This document shows positions 20,123-28,492 of a DNA stretch of 37,677 nt, in pieces. How positions within the stretch are numbered: position 1 is the stretch's first letter; each line of letters begins with the position of its first letter. The translations under genes were made by a program, and so were the position numbers. The DNA comes from a virus. Taxonomy: Duplodnaviria; Heunggongvirae; Uroviricota; Caudoviricetes. The DNA lies in the IMG/VR virus record IMGVR_UViG_2541047910_000002. The stretch is one strand, 5' to 3'. The notes beneath the pieces are model-generated. The model was not told where the DNA came from and searched no databases. It saw nothing but the letters and a program-made list of their open reading frames with translations.

Positions 20123-21181
20123 TTACGCTCCAGCTTCTGCTGCGGCGGCGCTGAAGTCGCCAATCTGGATGTTTTCCACCAGTGCGGCGCAGCGGTAGTC
20201 CTCAACCACGTAGGCTTCGTTAACGGATTCAAAATTTTCAATCCGGTCACGTTTCGGGTTGTCGATAACCGAACGGCGGCGGGTGTCTTCCTGCCAGTAG
20301 ATGGACAGGTTATCCAGACGGGTGATCAGCAGCGCATTCGGCGGGAAGAACGGCGCACGTACGGCCTGCAGGCCACCCATGCGTTTCTGACTGATGATCA
20401 TATCGGCAGCCAGTTTTTCACTGTTTTCCTGCTCTTTGTTGACCAGCGGGAAATACTTGTCAGACAGCAGTTCACGACCGCAAATCACCACCAGATCGTC
20501 ATCGTCCTGGTAGACCACATCGATAAGCTCATTGACGGCATCCATCACTACGGCGTCCAGGTTGGCATATTCGCCACCTTTCCCGACTTTCACCGCGCCC
20601 GGAGTGGTTTCCCCGCCCGTGGTGGTGCTGCCCATGACGTGATCCGGTGCATCCTCACGGATTTTCTGCAGCCAGCCTTTGTTCACATCCTGCAGCAGCG
20701 GGTTTTCGCTGCGGTTGGAGGTTTTCGCACGCTTCACGCCGTTAAAGCCGATCATGATGCGGTCCAGTGCCTGACGTTTCACGATGGCGTTACGGATACG
20801 CACCTGGAAATCCTGAAACTTCGCCCACAGGTCCAGCTTCGCGTAGGTCAGCACTGTGTCAAAGTTGGTCTGTTCGCATTTGTATTCCACATCGACCATC
20901 AGCGTCGGATCGACAGGTTCACGCTCTTTCGCGGTGGTGTCAGTGGTTCCGGCAATGGTGCTGCCAACACCCAGCCCCAGCAGCTGACCGGACTGCTCAG
21001 TCACTGGCGTGACGTTAATCAGCGTCAGGAAAGCGGCGGACTGCTGGATCTGGTCTTCCAGCGTCTGCTGTACAGACGGCTCCACGGTGAACTTGCTGGA
21101 CAGTTCTTCAACTGCCACACCGTTCAGACGCGCCAGCTGCTGCAGGTAAGCGTTAAAAGCAAAACGGGTATTCTTCTTCAT
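20123..21181 (-). CDS. N: major capsid protein N
   Basis: 352 aa; strong recognised similarity to P2 gpN throughout. Confidence 0.9.
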   Translation of the reverse strand: MKKNTRFAFNAYLQQLARLNGVAVEELSSKFTVEPSVQQTLEDQIQQSAAFLTLINVTPVTEQSGQLLGLGVGSTIAGTTDTTAKEREPVDPTLMVDVEYKCEQTNFDTVLTYAKLDLWAKFQDFQVRIRNAIVKRQALDRIMIGFNGVKRAKTSNRSENPLLQDVNKGWLQKIREDAPDHVMGSTTTGGETTPGAVKVGKGGEYANLDAVVMDAVNELIDVVYQDDDDLVVICGRELLSDKYFPLVNKEQENSEKLAADMIISQKRMGGLQAVRAPFFPPNALLITRLDNLSIYWQEDTRRRSVIDNPKRDRIENFESVNEAYVVEDYRCAALVENIQIGDFSAAAAEAGA

Positions 21182-21197
21182 CAGGTTTTGTGCTCCA

Positions 21198-22031
21198 TCA
21201 GCAATTGGTCAGAGTGTCAGCGGGGGCGTTACCGCCCGTTGCACGCTGGCGGTAGTCCTGGCGGCTGTCTTCATGGCTCAGCTTGTCCACCAGTTCGTTA
21301 AAGGCGGTCAGCTGTGACTGCAGGGCTGTCTCCAGCTCAGACAGGCGTTCTTCCTGCTCAGACAGGGATTTTTCGGTGCGTGCGCTCAGGTTTTGCTGCT
21401 CAGTGGCGACCAGCTCCACGGCCTTATGCACATCAGAGAACCGGGCATCGTCGGACTGCTCTTTTTTGGTGAACAGCGCCGTGACGCGGGCAAACAGGGA
21501 CGGCTTGTCCTCCTGGATTTCTTCCAGTTCGATCACCGTTTCCTCTGCGGCGGTAAAGAGATTGGCAGGATTCTGCTTGCGGTTTGCCAGCGGGTTATGG
21601 GCTGCACTGGCGCTGAATGTCAGCATTTCCGTACCCAGACTGGCAGGATCATCAGTGGCAGCCAGCCCGACCAGGTAGGCTTTGCCCGTATCAGCGAACT
21701 TCGGGCTGACTTCCATAGAGGTGAATAATTTCTGGCCTTTTTTCACCAGTTCCACCAGGGATTCCGTTGGCTCAACGTCGGCATACAGCGCCATCTTGCC
21801 CGCCAGCGGACCTTCCGTGATTTCTTCAGCAAACAGCGCCGTCACCTTGCCGTAGCGGTTAAAGGTGCTGTCCGGCAGATAAGACTTGATGTGCTCAAGG
21901 TTAATCAGCGCGGTGTACACCGCCGGGTTGTAGCTGGCTGCCATCTGTTCCAGCCATTCACGCTGGATTTCGCGTCCGTCGGTGGTGGCACCTTCCACCC
22001 CGATGCGAAAACGCTTTGCTTTCACTGTCAT
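21198..22031 (-). CDS. O: capsid scaffolding protein O
   Basis: 277 aa upstream of N; acidic, coiled-coil C-terminal half. Confidence 0.85.
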   Translation of the reverse strand: MTVKAKRFRIGVEGATTDGREIQREWLEQMAASYNPAVYTALINLEHIKSYLPDSTFNRYGKVTALFAEEITEGPLAGKMALYADVEPTESLVELVKKGQKLFTSMEVSPKFADTGKAYLVGLAATDDPASLGTEMLTFSASAAHNPLANRKQNPANLFTAAEETVIELEEIQEDKPSLFARVTALFTKKEQSDDARFSDVHKAVELVATEQQNLSARTEKSLSEQEERLSELETALQSQLTAFNELVDKLSHEDSRQDYRQRATGGNAPADTLTNC

Positions 22032-22109
22032 GAGCCGTGCTCCGTTAGAAAAAACTTACTGGAGCCTTATGGTTGCGGTGATGGGGGCAGTGAAACAATG
22101 CGCGGTATT

Positions 22110-22127
22110 TGTACCGACAACCACACA
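22110..22127. promoter_or_regulatory. late promoter activator dyad TGT-N12-ACA (P_P-like)
   Basis: TGTaccgacaaccacACA in the O-P divergent region, centre about 55 bp upstream of the P start codon. Confidence 0.5.
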
Positions 22128-22173
22128 AACCACAGGCGGGGAAAGCCTTCATTCAAGGCTGTAGGTTTGTGCC

Positions 22174-23940
22174 ATGAACACCACACTGACACCCGCAGAT
22201 CTCGATCCCCGTCGGCAGGCCATGCTGCTGTACTTTCAGGGATACCGCGTAGCCCGCATAGCTGAAATGCTGGGCGAGAAAGTTGCAACCGTTCACAGCT
22301 GGAAAAAACGCGACAAGTGGGGTGACTATGGGCCGCTGGATCAGATGCAGCTCACCACCGCCGCACGCTACTGCCAGCTCATCATGAAGGAGCACAAAGA
22401 AGGGAAAGATTTCAAAGAGATTGACCTGCTGGCGCGCCAGTCGGAGCGCCACGCGCGGATCGGCAAGTTTAACAATGGCGGCAACGAAGCCGACTTAAAC
22501 CCAAACGTCGCCAACCGCAACAAAGGCCCACGCCGTCAGCCGGAAAAGAATGTTTTCACCGATGAGCAGATTGAGAAGCTGGAAGAAATCTTCCATTCCT
22601 CCATGTTCAACTACCAGCGCCACTGGTGGGAAGCCGGAAAAACCAACCGCATCCGCAATCTGCTGAAGTCACGCCAGATCGGCGCGACCTTTTACTTTGC
22701 CCGTGAAGCCCTGATTGACGCCCTGCTTACCGGGCGTAACCAGATTTTCCTTTCCGCCAGTAAGGCACAGGCCCACGTCTTTAAGCAGTACATCATCGAC
22801 TTCGCCAAAGAAGTGGAGGTGGAGCTGAAAGGCGATCCGATGGTGCTTCCTAACGGGGCCACGCTTTACTTCCTCGGCACCAATGCCCGCACGGCCCAGA
22901 GTTACCACGGCAACCTGTATCTGGATGAATATTTCTGGATACCGAAATTCCAGGAGCTGCGCAAAGTGGCTTCCGGTATGGCTATTCACAAAAAATGGCG
23001 ACAAACCTATTTTTCCACGCCATCCAGCCTGACACACAGTGCTTATCCGTTCTGGTCCGGTGCGCTGTTCAACCGAGGGCGCAACAAAGCCGATAAGGTG
23101 GACATCGACCTGTCCCACCGCAATCTGGCCCCCGGCCTGCTGTGCGCAGACGGGCAGTACCGCCAGATAGTCACCGTGGAAGATGCGGTGCGCGGCGGCT
23201 GTAACCTGTTCGACCTTGACCAGTTGCGCATGGAGTACAGCCCGGACGAATACCAGAACCTGCTGATGTGCGAGTTTGTGGACGATCTCGCGTCCGTGTT
23301 CCCGCTCAGCGAGCTGCAGGCGTGCATGGTGGACAGCTGGGAAGTCTGGACCGACTTTCATGCACTGGCGCTGCGCCCGTTTGGCTGGCGCGAGGTGTGG
23401 ATCGGTTATGACCCGGCAAAAGGTACGCAGAACGGCGACAGCGCCGGGTGCGTGGTGGTGGCACCGCCAGCCGTGCCGGGCGGTAAGTTCCGCATTCTTG
23501 AGCGTCACCAGTGGCGCGGGATGGACTTCCGCGCCCAGGCTGACGCCATCAAAAAACTGACCGAACAGTACAACGTGACATACATCGGCATCGACTCAAC
23601 TGGCGTCGGCCACGGGGTTTACGAGAACGTGAAAGCATTCTTTCCTGCCGTCCGGGAGTTTGTCTACAACCCCAACGTTAAAAACGCCCTGGTACTCAAG
23701 GCCTACGACATTATCAGCCACCGCCGTCTGGAGTTTGACGCCGGACACACCGACATAGCGCAGTCCTTTATGGCAATCCGTCGCTCCACCACCGCCAGTG
23801 GCAACCGCCCGACCTATGAAGCCAGCCGCAGCGAAGAAGCCAGCCATGCGGATCTGGCCTGGGCAACGATGCACGCACTGTTTAACGAACCGCTGCAAGG
23901 CGAGTCCGCCAATACCAGCAATATTGTGGAGATTTTTTGA
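22174..23940 (+). CDS. P: terminase ATPase (large) subunit P
   Basis: 588 aa; recognised as P2 gpP-like. Confidence 0.9.
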   Translation: MNTTLTPADLDPRRQAMLLYFQGYRVARIAEMLGEKVATVHSWKKRDKWGDYGPLDQMQLTTAARYCQLIMKEHKEGKDFKEIDLLARQSERHARIGKFNNGGNEADLNPNVANRNKGPRRQPEKNVFTDEQIEKLEEIFHSSMFNYQRHWWEAGKTNRIRNLLKSRQIGATFYFAREALIDALLTGRNQIFLSASKAQAHVFKQYIIDFAKEVEVELKGDPMVLPNGATLYFLGTNARTAQSYHGNLYLDEYFWIPKFQELRKVASGMAIHKKWRQTYFSTPSSLTHSAYPFWSGALFNRGRNKADKVDIDLSHRNLAPGLLCADGQYRQIVTVEDAVRGGCNLFDLDQLRMEYSPDEYQNLLMCEFVDDLASVFPLSELQACMVDSWEVWTDFHALALRPFGWREVWIGYDPAKGTQNGDSAGCVVVAPPAVPGGKFRILERHQWRGMDFRAQADAIKKLTEQYNVTYIGIDSTGVGHGVYENVKAFFPAVREFVYNPNVKNALVLKAYDIISHRRLEFDAGHTDIAQSFMAIRRSTTASGNRPTYEASRSEEASHADLAWATMHALFNEPLQGESANTSNIVEIF

Positions 23941-24965
23941 TGGGAAAGAGTAAGAAGAACCGCGCTGCGGCGACGAAACAGATCCAGCTTAAAAGTCAAA
24001 CTACAGCCGAAGCATTCAGCTTCGGCGATCCCGTTCCTGTTCTGGACCGCCGAGAACTGCTGGACTATGTGGAATGCGTACAGACAGATCGCTGGTATGA
24101 GCCGCCAGTAAGCTTTGACGGACTGGCGCGCACCTTCCGCGCCGCCGTGCATCACAGTTCACCAATTGCGGTGAAATGCAACATTCTGACCAGTACCTAC
24201 ATCCCTCACCCGCTGCTCAGCCAGCAGGCTTTTTCACGTTTTGTGCAGGACTATCTGGTATTTGGTAACGCCTACCTGGAGAAACGCACGAACCGCTTCG
24301 GTGAAGTTATCGCCCTTGAGCCTGCTCTGGCAAAATACACCCGACGCGGGTTAGACCTGGATACCTACTGGTTTGTGCAATACGGTATGACAACCCAGCC
24401 GTATCAGTTCACGAAAGGCAGCATTTTTCATCTGATGGAACCGGACATTAACCAGGAGATCTACGGCCTGCCCGGCTATCTTTCTGCCATTCCGTCCGCC
24501 CTGCTCAATGAGTCCGCCACGCTGTTCCGCCGCAAGTATTACATTAACGGTAGTCATGCAGGCTTCATCATGTACATGACCGATGCTGCGCAGAACCAGG
24601 AGGACGTGAACAACCTCCGCAATGCAATGAAAAGTGCCAAAGGTCCGGGTAACTTCCGCAACCTGTTTATGTACTCGCCTAACGGCAAAAAGGACGGGCT
24701 TCAGATTATCCCGTTGTCAGAGGTGGCGGCGAAGGATGAGTTTTTGAATATCAAGAACGTGAGCCGCGATGACATGATGGCTGCGCACCGCGTGCCGCCG
24801 CAAATGATGGGGATTATGCCTAATAATGTTGGAGGGTTTGGGGATGTGGAGAAGGCCGCAAATGTGTTTGTGCGCAATGAACTTTTGCCATTACAGAAAC
24901 GCATGGAGGAGTTAAACCATTGGCTGGGTGAGAAAGTTATTGCATTTTCATCCTATTGTTTATGA
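23937..24965 (+). CDS. Q: portal protein Q
   Basis: 342 aa, overlaps P stop; recognised as P2 gpQ-like. Confidence 0.9.
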   Translation: MMGKSKKNRAAATKQIQLKSQTTAEAFSFGDPVPVLDRRELLDYVECVQTDRWYEPPVSFDGLARTFRAAVHHSSPIAVKCNILTSTYIPHPLLSQQAFSRFVQDYLVFGNAYLEKRTNRFGEVIALEPALAKYTRRGLDLDTYWFVQYGMTTQPYQFTKGSIFHLMEPDINQEIYGLPGYLSAIPSALLNESATLFRRKYYINGSHAGFIMYMTDAAQNQEDVNNLRNAMKSAKGPGNFRNLFMYSPNGKKDGLQIIPLSEVAAKDEFLNIKNVSRDDMMAAHRVPPQMMGIMPNNVGGFGDVEKAANVFVRNELLPLQKRMEELNHWLGEKVIAFSSYCL

Positions 24966-24975
24966 GATATAAATT

Positions 24976-25000
24976 GGTGGCCTTAATTATATAGCCACCA
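24976..25000. terminator. bidirectional hairpin between convergent Q and the TIR gene
   Basis: tggtggc (24976-24982) / gccacca (24994-25000) stem followed by tattgctttttatttt on the plus strand. Confidence 0.5.
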
Positions 25001-25009
25001 TATTGCTTT

Positions 25010-25822
25010 TTATTTTACTCTAAAGGCATCATCGGCTTTATGTGGTATAGGAGCATAACGCTCGGTACTTACTCGATGTAGCACCGCAAATATATTCAAA
25101 GGTGAACCATCCTTTAACCTAAGAGAAACATACATTGGCATCGTTGGTGTTAACCCCCGATTTAGGCCAACAGTGGCACCACTTACTTTCATACCATTTT
25201 CTAAAGATGCATTTTCAATAAACCCCTGAGTGAATGTGCTTTCTCCATTGACCATAACAACAACATCATCATGCTTAATTGTATTATCCATAATCATCAT
25301 AAAATCAGCAATTGGTTCTAAAAAATCCATTGCTGATAATTTCACTATCTTACCCCCATCACCATCCTTAATATCATAGGAGAGGTTTGAATACTTCTCA
25401 GGATTAGGAATATACGTATTTTGTTGATTAATGACATCTATAATTTGTCTTATTGCCACATCGATCCCATACGAATAAAGATCAATATATAGCGTTTGAG
25501 TAAGCAGAGCAGGCAAGGATATATTCTGGCAACGTATTGGTATAAATTTACACTTCCCGGACGATGCCTTAATTAAAGCATTTTGCCATTCCATTTTTAC
25601 CATGTTACTTGCCAAACTATTTTCTGTGACAAAAAAGAAAAAGAACGATACATTCTCCATTCCTAAATTCATCTTGTCAATAATACCCTCTCCGGGTTGG
25701 ATAGACCAAGAATCGTAGAATACGTTATCACGCCCATAAACATCTGCTAGTTTTTCCGCTATAACACTTACAAACCTTTTGTCACGGTGATTATGACTTA
25801 GAAAGATCATAGCATGCCCCAT
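25010..25822 (-). CDS. TIR-domain protein with an uncharacterised C-terminal domain (accessory gene)
   Basis: N-terminal about 130 aa shows TIR-like pattern (MIFLSHNHRDKRFV ... VTENSLASNMVKMEW with candidate catalytic Glu); C-terminal about 140 aa unassigned; A+T-rich; possible true start at 25810 (MIFLSH, GGGG SD). Confidence 0.6.
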   Translation of the reverse strand: MGHAMIFLSHNHRDKRFVSVIAEKLADVYGRDNVFYDSWSIQPGEGIIDKMNLGMENVSFFFFFVTENSLASNMVKMEWQNALIKASSGKCKFIPIRCQNISLPALLTQTLYIDLYSYGIDVAIRQIIDVINQQNTYIPNPEKYSNLSYDIKDGDGGKIVKLSAMDFLEPIADFMMIMDNTIKHDDVVVMVNGESTFTQGFIENASLENGMKVSGATVGLNRGLTPTMPMYVSLRLKDGSPLNIFAVLHRVSTERYAPIPHKADDAFRVK

Positions 25823-25891
25823 TAGAAATTAATGTGTAAGATCTGCGTAGAGAGTCACCGACAGTGTACCAATAATAATCTTCTGCGCGCA

Positions 25892-25910
25892 ATCGTATCC
25901 CCGCCACGCC
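25892..25910 (-). other. putative cos cohesive-end site
   Basis: minus strand reads GGCGTGGCGGGGATACGAT followed by TGCGCGC, resembling the P2/186 19-nt cohesive end as I recall it; lies between Q and A where cos is expected. Confidence 0.4.
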
Positions 25911-26401
25911 TGCCCGCTTTATGCAGTGGTTTTCATGCACCTGCATGACATGAGTAAAAGCTCGCCAGTTCTAGCAGGTCTCTGCAAAAACGATCCTCAA
26001 TCGATCATGCGATTTCATGCAGCATAGTCATGCACAGCCAAGGGAAGCGTAAATCCGTATCTGAATGACCGCTGAAAAGCGAATCATACGGGTTTACAAA
26101 GATGAAAGTCCGCTGTGAGTGAAAAGCGGACATTAACTCCTTGCTTTTTGGCACTGAAACAGAGCGAAGCAGCATGTAAGCTGTTACGGATGCGCAGCGG
26201 TGACAACAGCAACTTCAATTAAGGAAATGCTCTTGGTTTTCGGGGAGACTTTTCGAGCGATATATGATAATGAAGACACTAAAAAACTGAACAGAAACGT
26301 CTAGCTCAATATGACTTCTGTTCAGGTATAAATGGTCTATTTATATATTCTCTCTTCAAATCCTTACTGAATACTCTCGAAGATGGCTAACGCCCCCTCT
26401 C

Positions 26402-27364
26402 TTAACCTTCATAGTTCATGCCGCCAAGATACGAAGGTATCATCATTAATGATTTAACCCTTTCTTTTTCTTTTTCGGTGAGATGACGACATGCAAATGG
26501 GTAAATATTGATCAAAAATGTCTTGAGTTCGTCAAATGCCTCATCTGAATATAGGGTCCCAGATCTTAACTCATTCATTATTGTCATGACCCATTTTATA
26601 AACACAGTTGGCATCATTACATCAGCTATATCTTCCCAGCCATCAATAAGGCCATTGTTTGTTTGTTTTCTAACATACTGCCGGAGTGCTTGGTCGCAGT
26701 TGCCTCGACACGTCCAAAAAATATGTTCATTATACTCTGGTTCTTTTTCGTAGTCGGTGCGGATTCTTTGCCATATAGTGATAATTCCCTTGTCGTCTTG
26801 AGACAGAAGCTCTTTCTTGCAAACTTTGCATTTTAAGCTAGGTTCATCGGAAAATATTCTTGCGGGTTTGGGGTTTTCTGTTTTCCACTCAGATAACGAC
26901 TTTGGGAAGTACCTTTCGGCAATTTCCAATCCTCTGGAAGAGTGTAAAAGTTCCCTCTCTATTTTCTCTTTATCGAAAACCTGAAATTCAATTCGTCCTT
27001 TCAACCCGTCAAGTATTCCAGACAGACCTGCACTAGCAAGAGTTGAATAGAACCCGATAAATCCTTGGCAGTTATTCGCTATTACTCGATCAGTAATATT
27101 TGCATCATCTCCTGGATTAACTGAATTTCCACTATGAGCTTTATGCTTACAGCTTACCAACCAACGGATAATTGTTTCCCCGCCGACACCAGTCCTTTTT
27201 TCTTCGGCTATAATATCAACCCCACCGTCAGCCCCTCTATCTGGGTCAGATATAATTTTATATCCCAGAAAAGCTAAGAAGTCGCGAGAAAAAAGTTCAA
27301 ATGTGTCTTGCAGCCCTGTTGCTTTATGAGCCTCTGGTATTTCTTTGAAGTCTAATACTGGCAT
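26402..27364 (-). CDS. Mrr-like PD-(D/E)xK nuclease-domain protein with Cys-rich C-terminal domain (accessory gene)
   Basis: N-terminal FLGYKIISDPDRGADGGVDIIAEEK ... WLVSCKHK resembles the Mrr_cat restriction-endonuclease core; C-terminal half has CKVCKK and CRGNCDQ Cys pairs; A+T-rich. Confidence 0.5.
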   Translation of the reverse strand: MPVLDFKEIPEAHKATGLQDTFELFSRDFLAFLGYKIISDPDRGADGGVDIIAEEKRTGVGGETIIRWLVSCKHKAHSGNSVNPGDDANITDRVIANNCQGFIGFYSTLASAGLSGILDGLKGRIEFQVFDKEKIERELLHSSRGLEIAERYFPKSLSEWKTENPKPARIFSDEPSLKCKVCKKELLSQDDKGIITIWQRIRTDYEKEPEYNEHIFWTCRGNCDQALRQYVRKQTNNGLIDGWEDIADVMMPTVFIKWVMTIMNELRSGTLYSDEAFDELKTFLINIYPFACRHLTEKEKERVKSLMMIPSYLGGMNYEG

Positions 27365-27646
27365 TTTTATGGGGTCCTTAAGTTGTTAATGCTTATTGGG
27401 TGGAAAGAACCGTATTTAAACACGGAGTTTCTGCCTCTGTAAATTTAATATGTAGAACACTCATCACTTTTTATAACTGACAATAGGATATTTAGACGTC
27501 TGTTTTTGGCACAAAGCAGACAAAAAACTGAAGGCCCACTGTGAACGAGAAACGGACTATGATACTAACAAGAGAGCATCACTGTTAATATTTGAACAAT
27601 TAATGCTCAGCTATTTATCTATTTTTACAATTAGAAAGGACTTGTA

Positions 27647-28057
27647 ATGGTTACGGTTGATGAATTAAAGATGAAATATCCGGACGCGAATGCCTGGCAA
27701 ATGGGCGACAGCCCTGAACTGGCTAACGAGCTTGCAGCGCTTATCAAAAAAGGAATTAAAACGGCCTCCTGCGGCTCTTATGCCTCTTACCAGAAGGAAG
27801 AGTTTGCCCCAAGGATTGGGAGCTATAACATCATCCTTAACGGCCAAGATGTACCGGTATGCGTGACCCGGCTGGTGTCGATGCGACTGGTGCGTTTTTG
27901 TGATGTTACTGCCGAGTTCGCTCGCAAGGAAGGTGAAGGCGATTTGAGTCTTGAATATTGGCAGAGAGAGCATCAACGATTTTTTACATGTGAAGGTTAC
28001 TTTTCTGATGATATGGAGCTGATTATGGAAGAGTTTGAAGTTGTTGATGTTTTGTAA
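27647..28057 (+). CDS. ASCH-domain protein
   Basis: 136 aa; pattern ...ELIKKGIKTASCG...FTCEGYFSD... typical of ASCH/PUA-like fold; AAAGGA SD 8 nt upstream. Confidence 0.6.
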   Translation: MVTVDELKMKYPDANAWQMGDSPELANELAALIKKGIKTASCGSYASYQKEEFAPRIGSYNIILNGQDVPVCVTRLVSMRLVRFCDVTAEFARKEGEGDLSLEYWQREHQRFFTCEGYFSDDMELIMEEFEVVDVL

Positions 28058-28209
28058 TCCAACAACGTTTATGCATGTCAGATTAGAATAACTGAGTACC
28101 GTTTTATCACGTGAAATTTGTATTAATGCCCGCCTCTGGCACAAAGCGAACGAGCACTTATCAAAATGCCCACCCACCTTACGCCTCGTTTCACTCGTTG
28201 CCAAAACTA

Positions 28210-28239
28210 GCCCCCATCAGAATGAATCCTCTTGGGGGC
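28210..28239. terminator. hairpin between convergent ASCH gene and tum/dinI-like gene
   Basis: gccccca (28210-28216) / tgggggc (28233-28239) stem; the minus strand has TAGTTTTGG after the stem. Confidence 0.45.
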
Positions 28240-28247
28240 AACGTTTC

Positions 28248-28481
28248 TTAATGCAGCCAGCTGTCGTCTTCCCACACCTTCTGCATAATTTTCATCACTT
28301 GTTTTCTTTCTTCGTCCAGTTGCAATCCGGTAAGTTCCACACCGTTAGAGCTACCTTTGCGGATACGAATTACCGTTTTGGGATACAGGGGGCGCAGATT
28401 GCGGTAAAGCTCGGATTCAAGGGCGTCCAGGGTAGACTGGCTAATCTTCTGCTCTTTATCGATCATTATTTCAATGCGCAT
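28248..28481 (-). CDS. DinI-family protein (Tum-like antirepressor C-terminal module)
   Basis: 77 aa, MRIEIMIDKEQKISQSTLDALESELYRNLRPLYP...VWEDDSWLH resembles E. coli DinI; GAGGTGA SD overlapping the upstream gene stop. Confidence 0.75.
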   Translation of the reverse strand: MRIEIMIDKEQKISQSTLDALESELYRNLRPLYPKTVIRIRKGSSNGVELTGLQLDEERKQVMKIMQKVWEDDSWLH

Positions 28482-28492
28482 AAAAAGTCACC

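Noticed and set aside
19790-21301. 503-aa plus-strand ORF (also 5342-6313, 3801-4481, 22669-23508 and many 60-170-aa ORFs antisense to structural genes)
   Set aside because: these lie entirely antisense to well-supported phage structural genes (M/N, T, D/U, P) in GC-rich sequence, have low-complexity Arg/Ala/Pro-rich translations and no ribosome-binding sites; treated as shadow ORFs
25999-26175. 56-codon minus-strand ORF (26005-26175) in the cos-proximal gap, examined as a possible small partner protein for the TIR gene
   Set aside because: no Shine-Dalgarno sequence, not hydrophobic, and it spans two hairpins and the TCATGCA repeats; more likely non-coding
25823-26401. possibility of a retron ncRNA or CRISPR array in the hotspot
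   Set aside because: no reverse transcriptase gene nearby, no regularly spaced direct repeats; only short dispersed motifs and two hairpins
26146-28147. TGGCAC motifs considered as sigma-54 (-24/-12) promoters
   Set aside because: none is followed by a TTGC element at the required spacing
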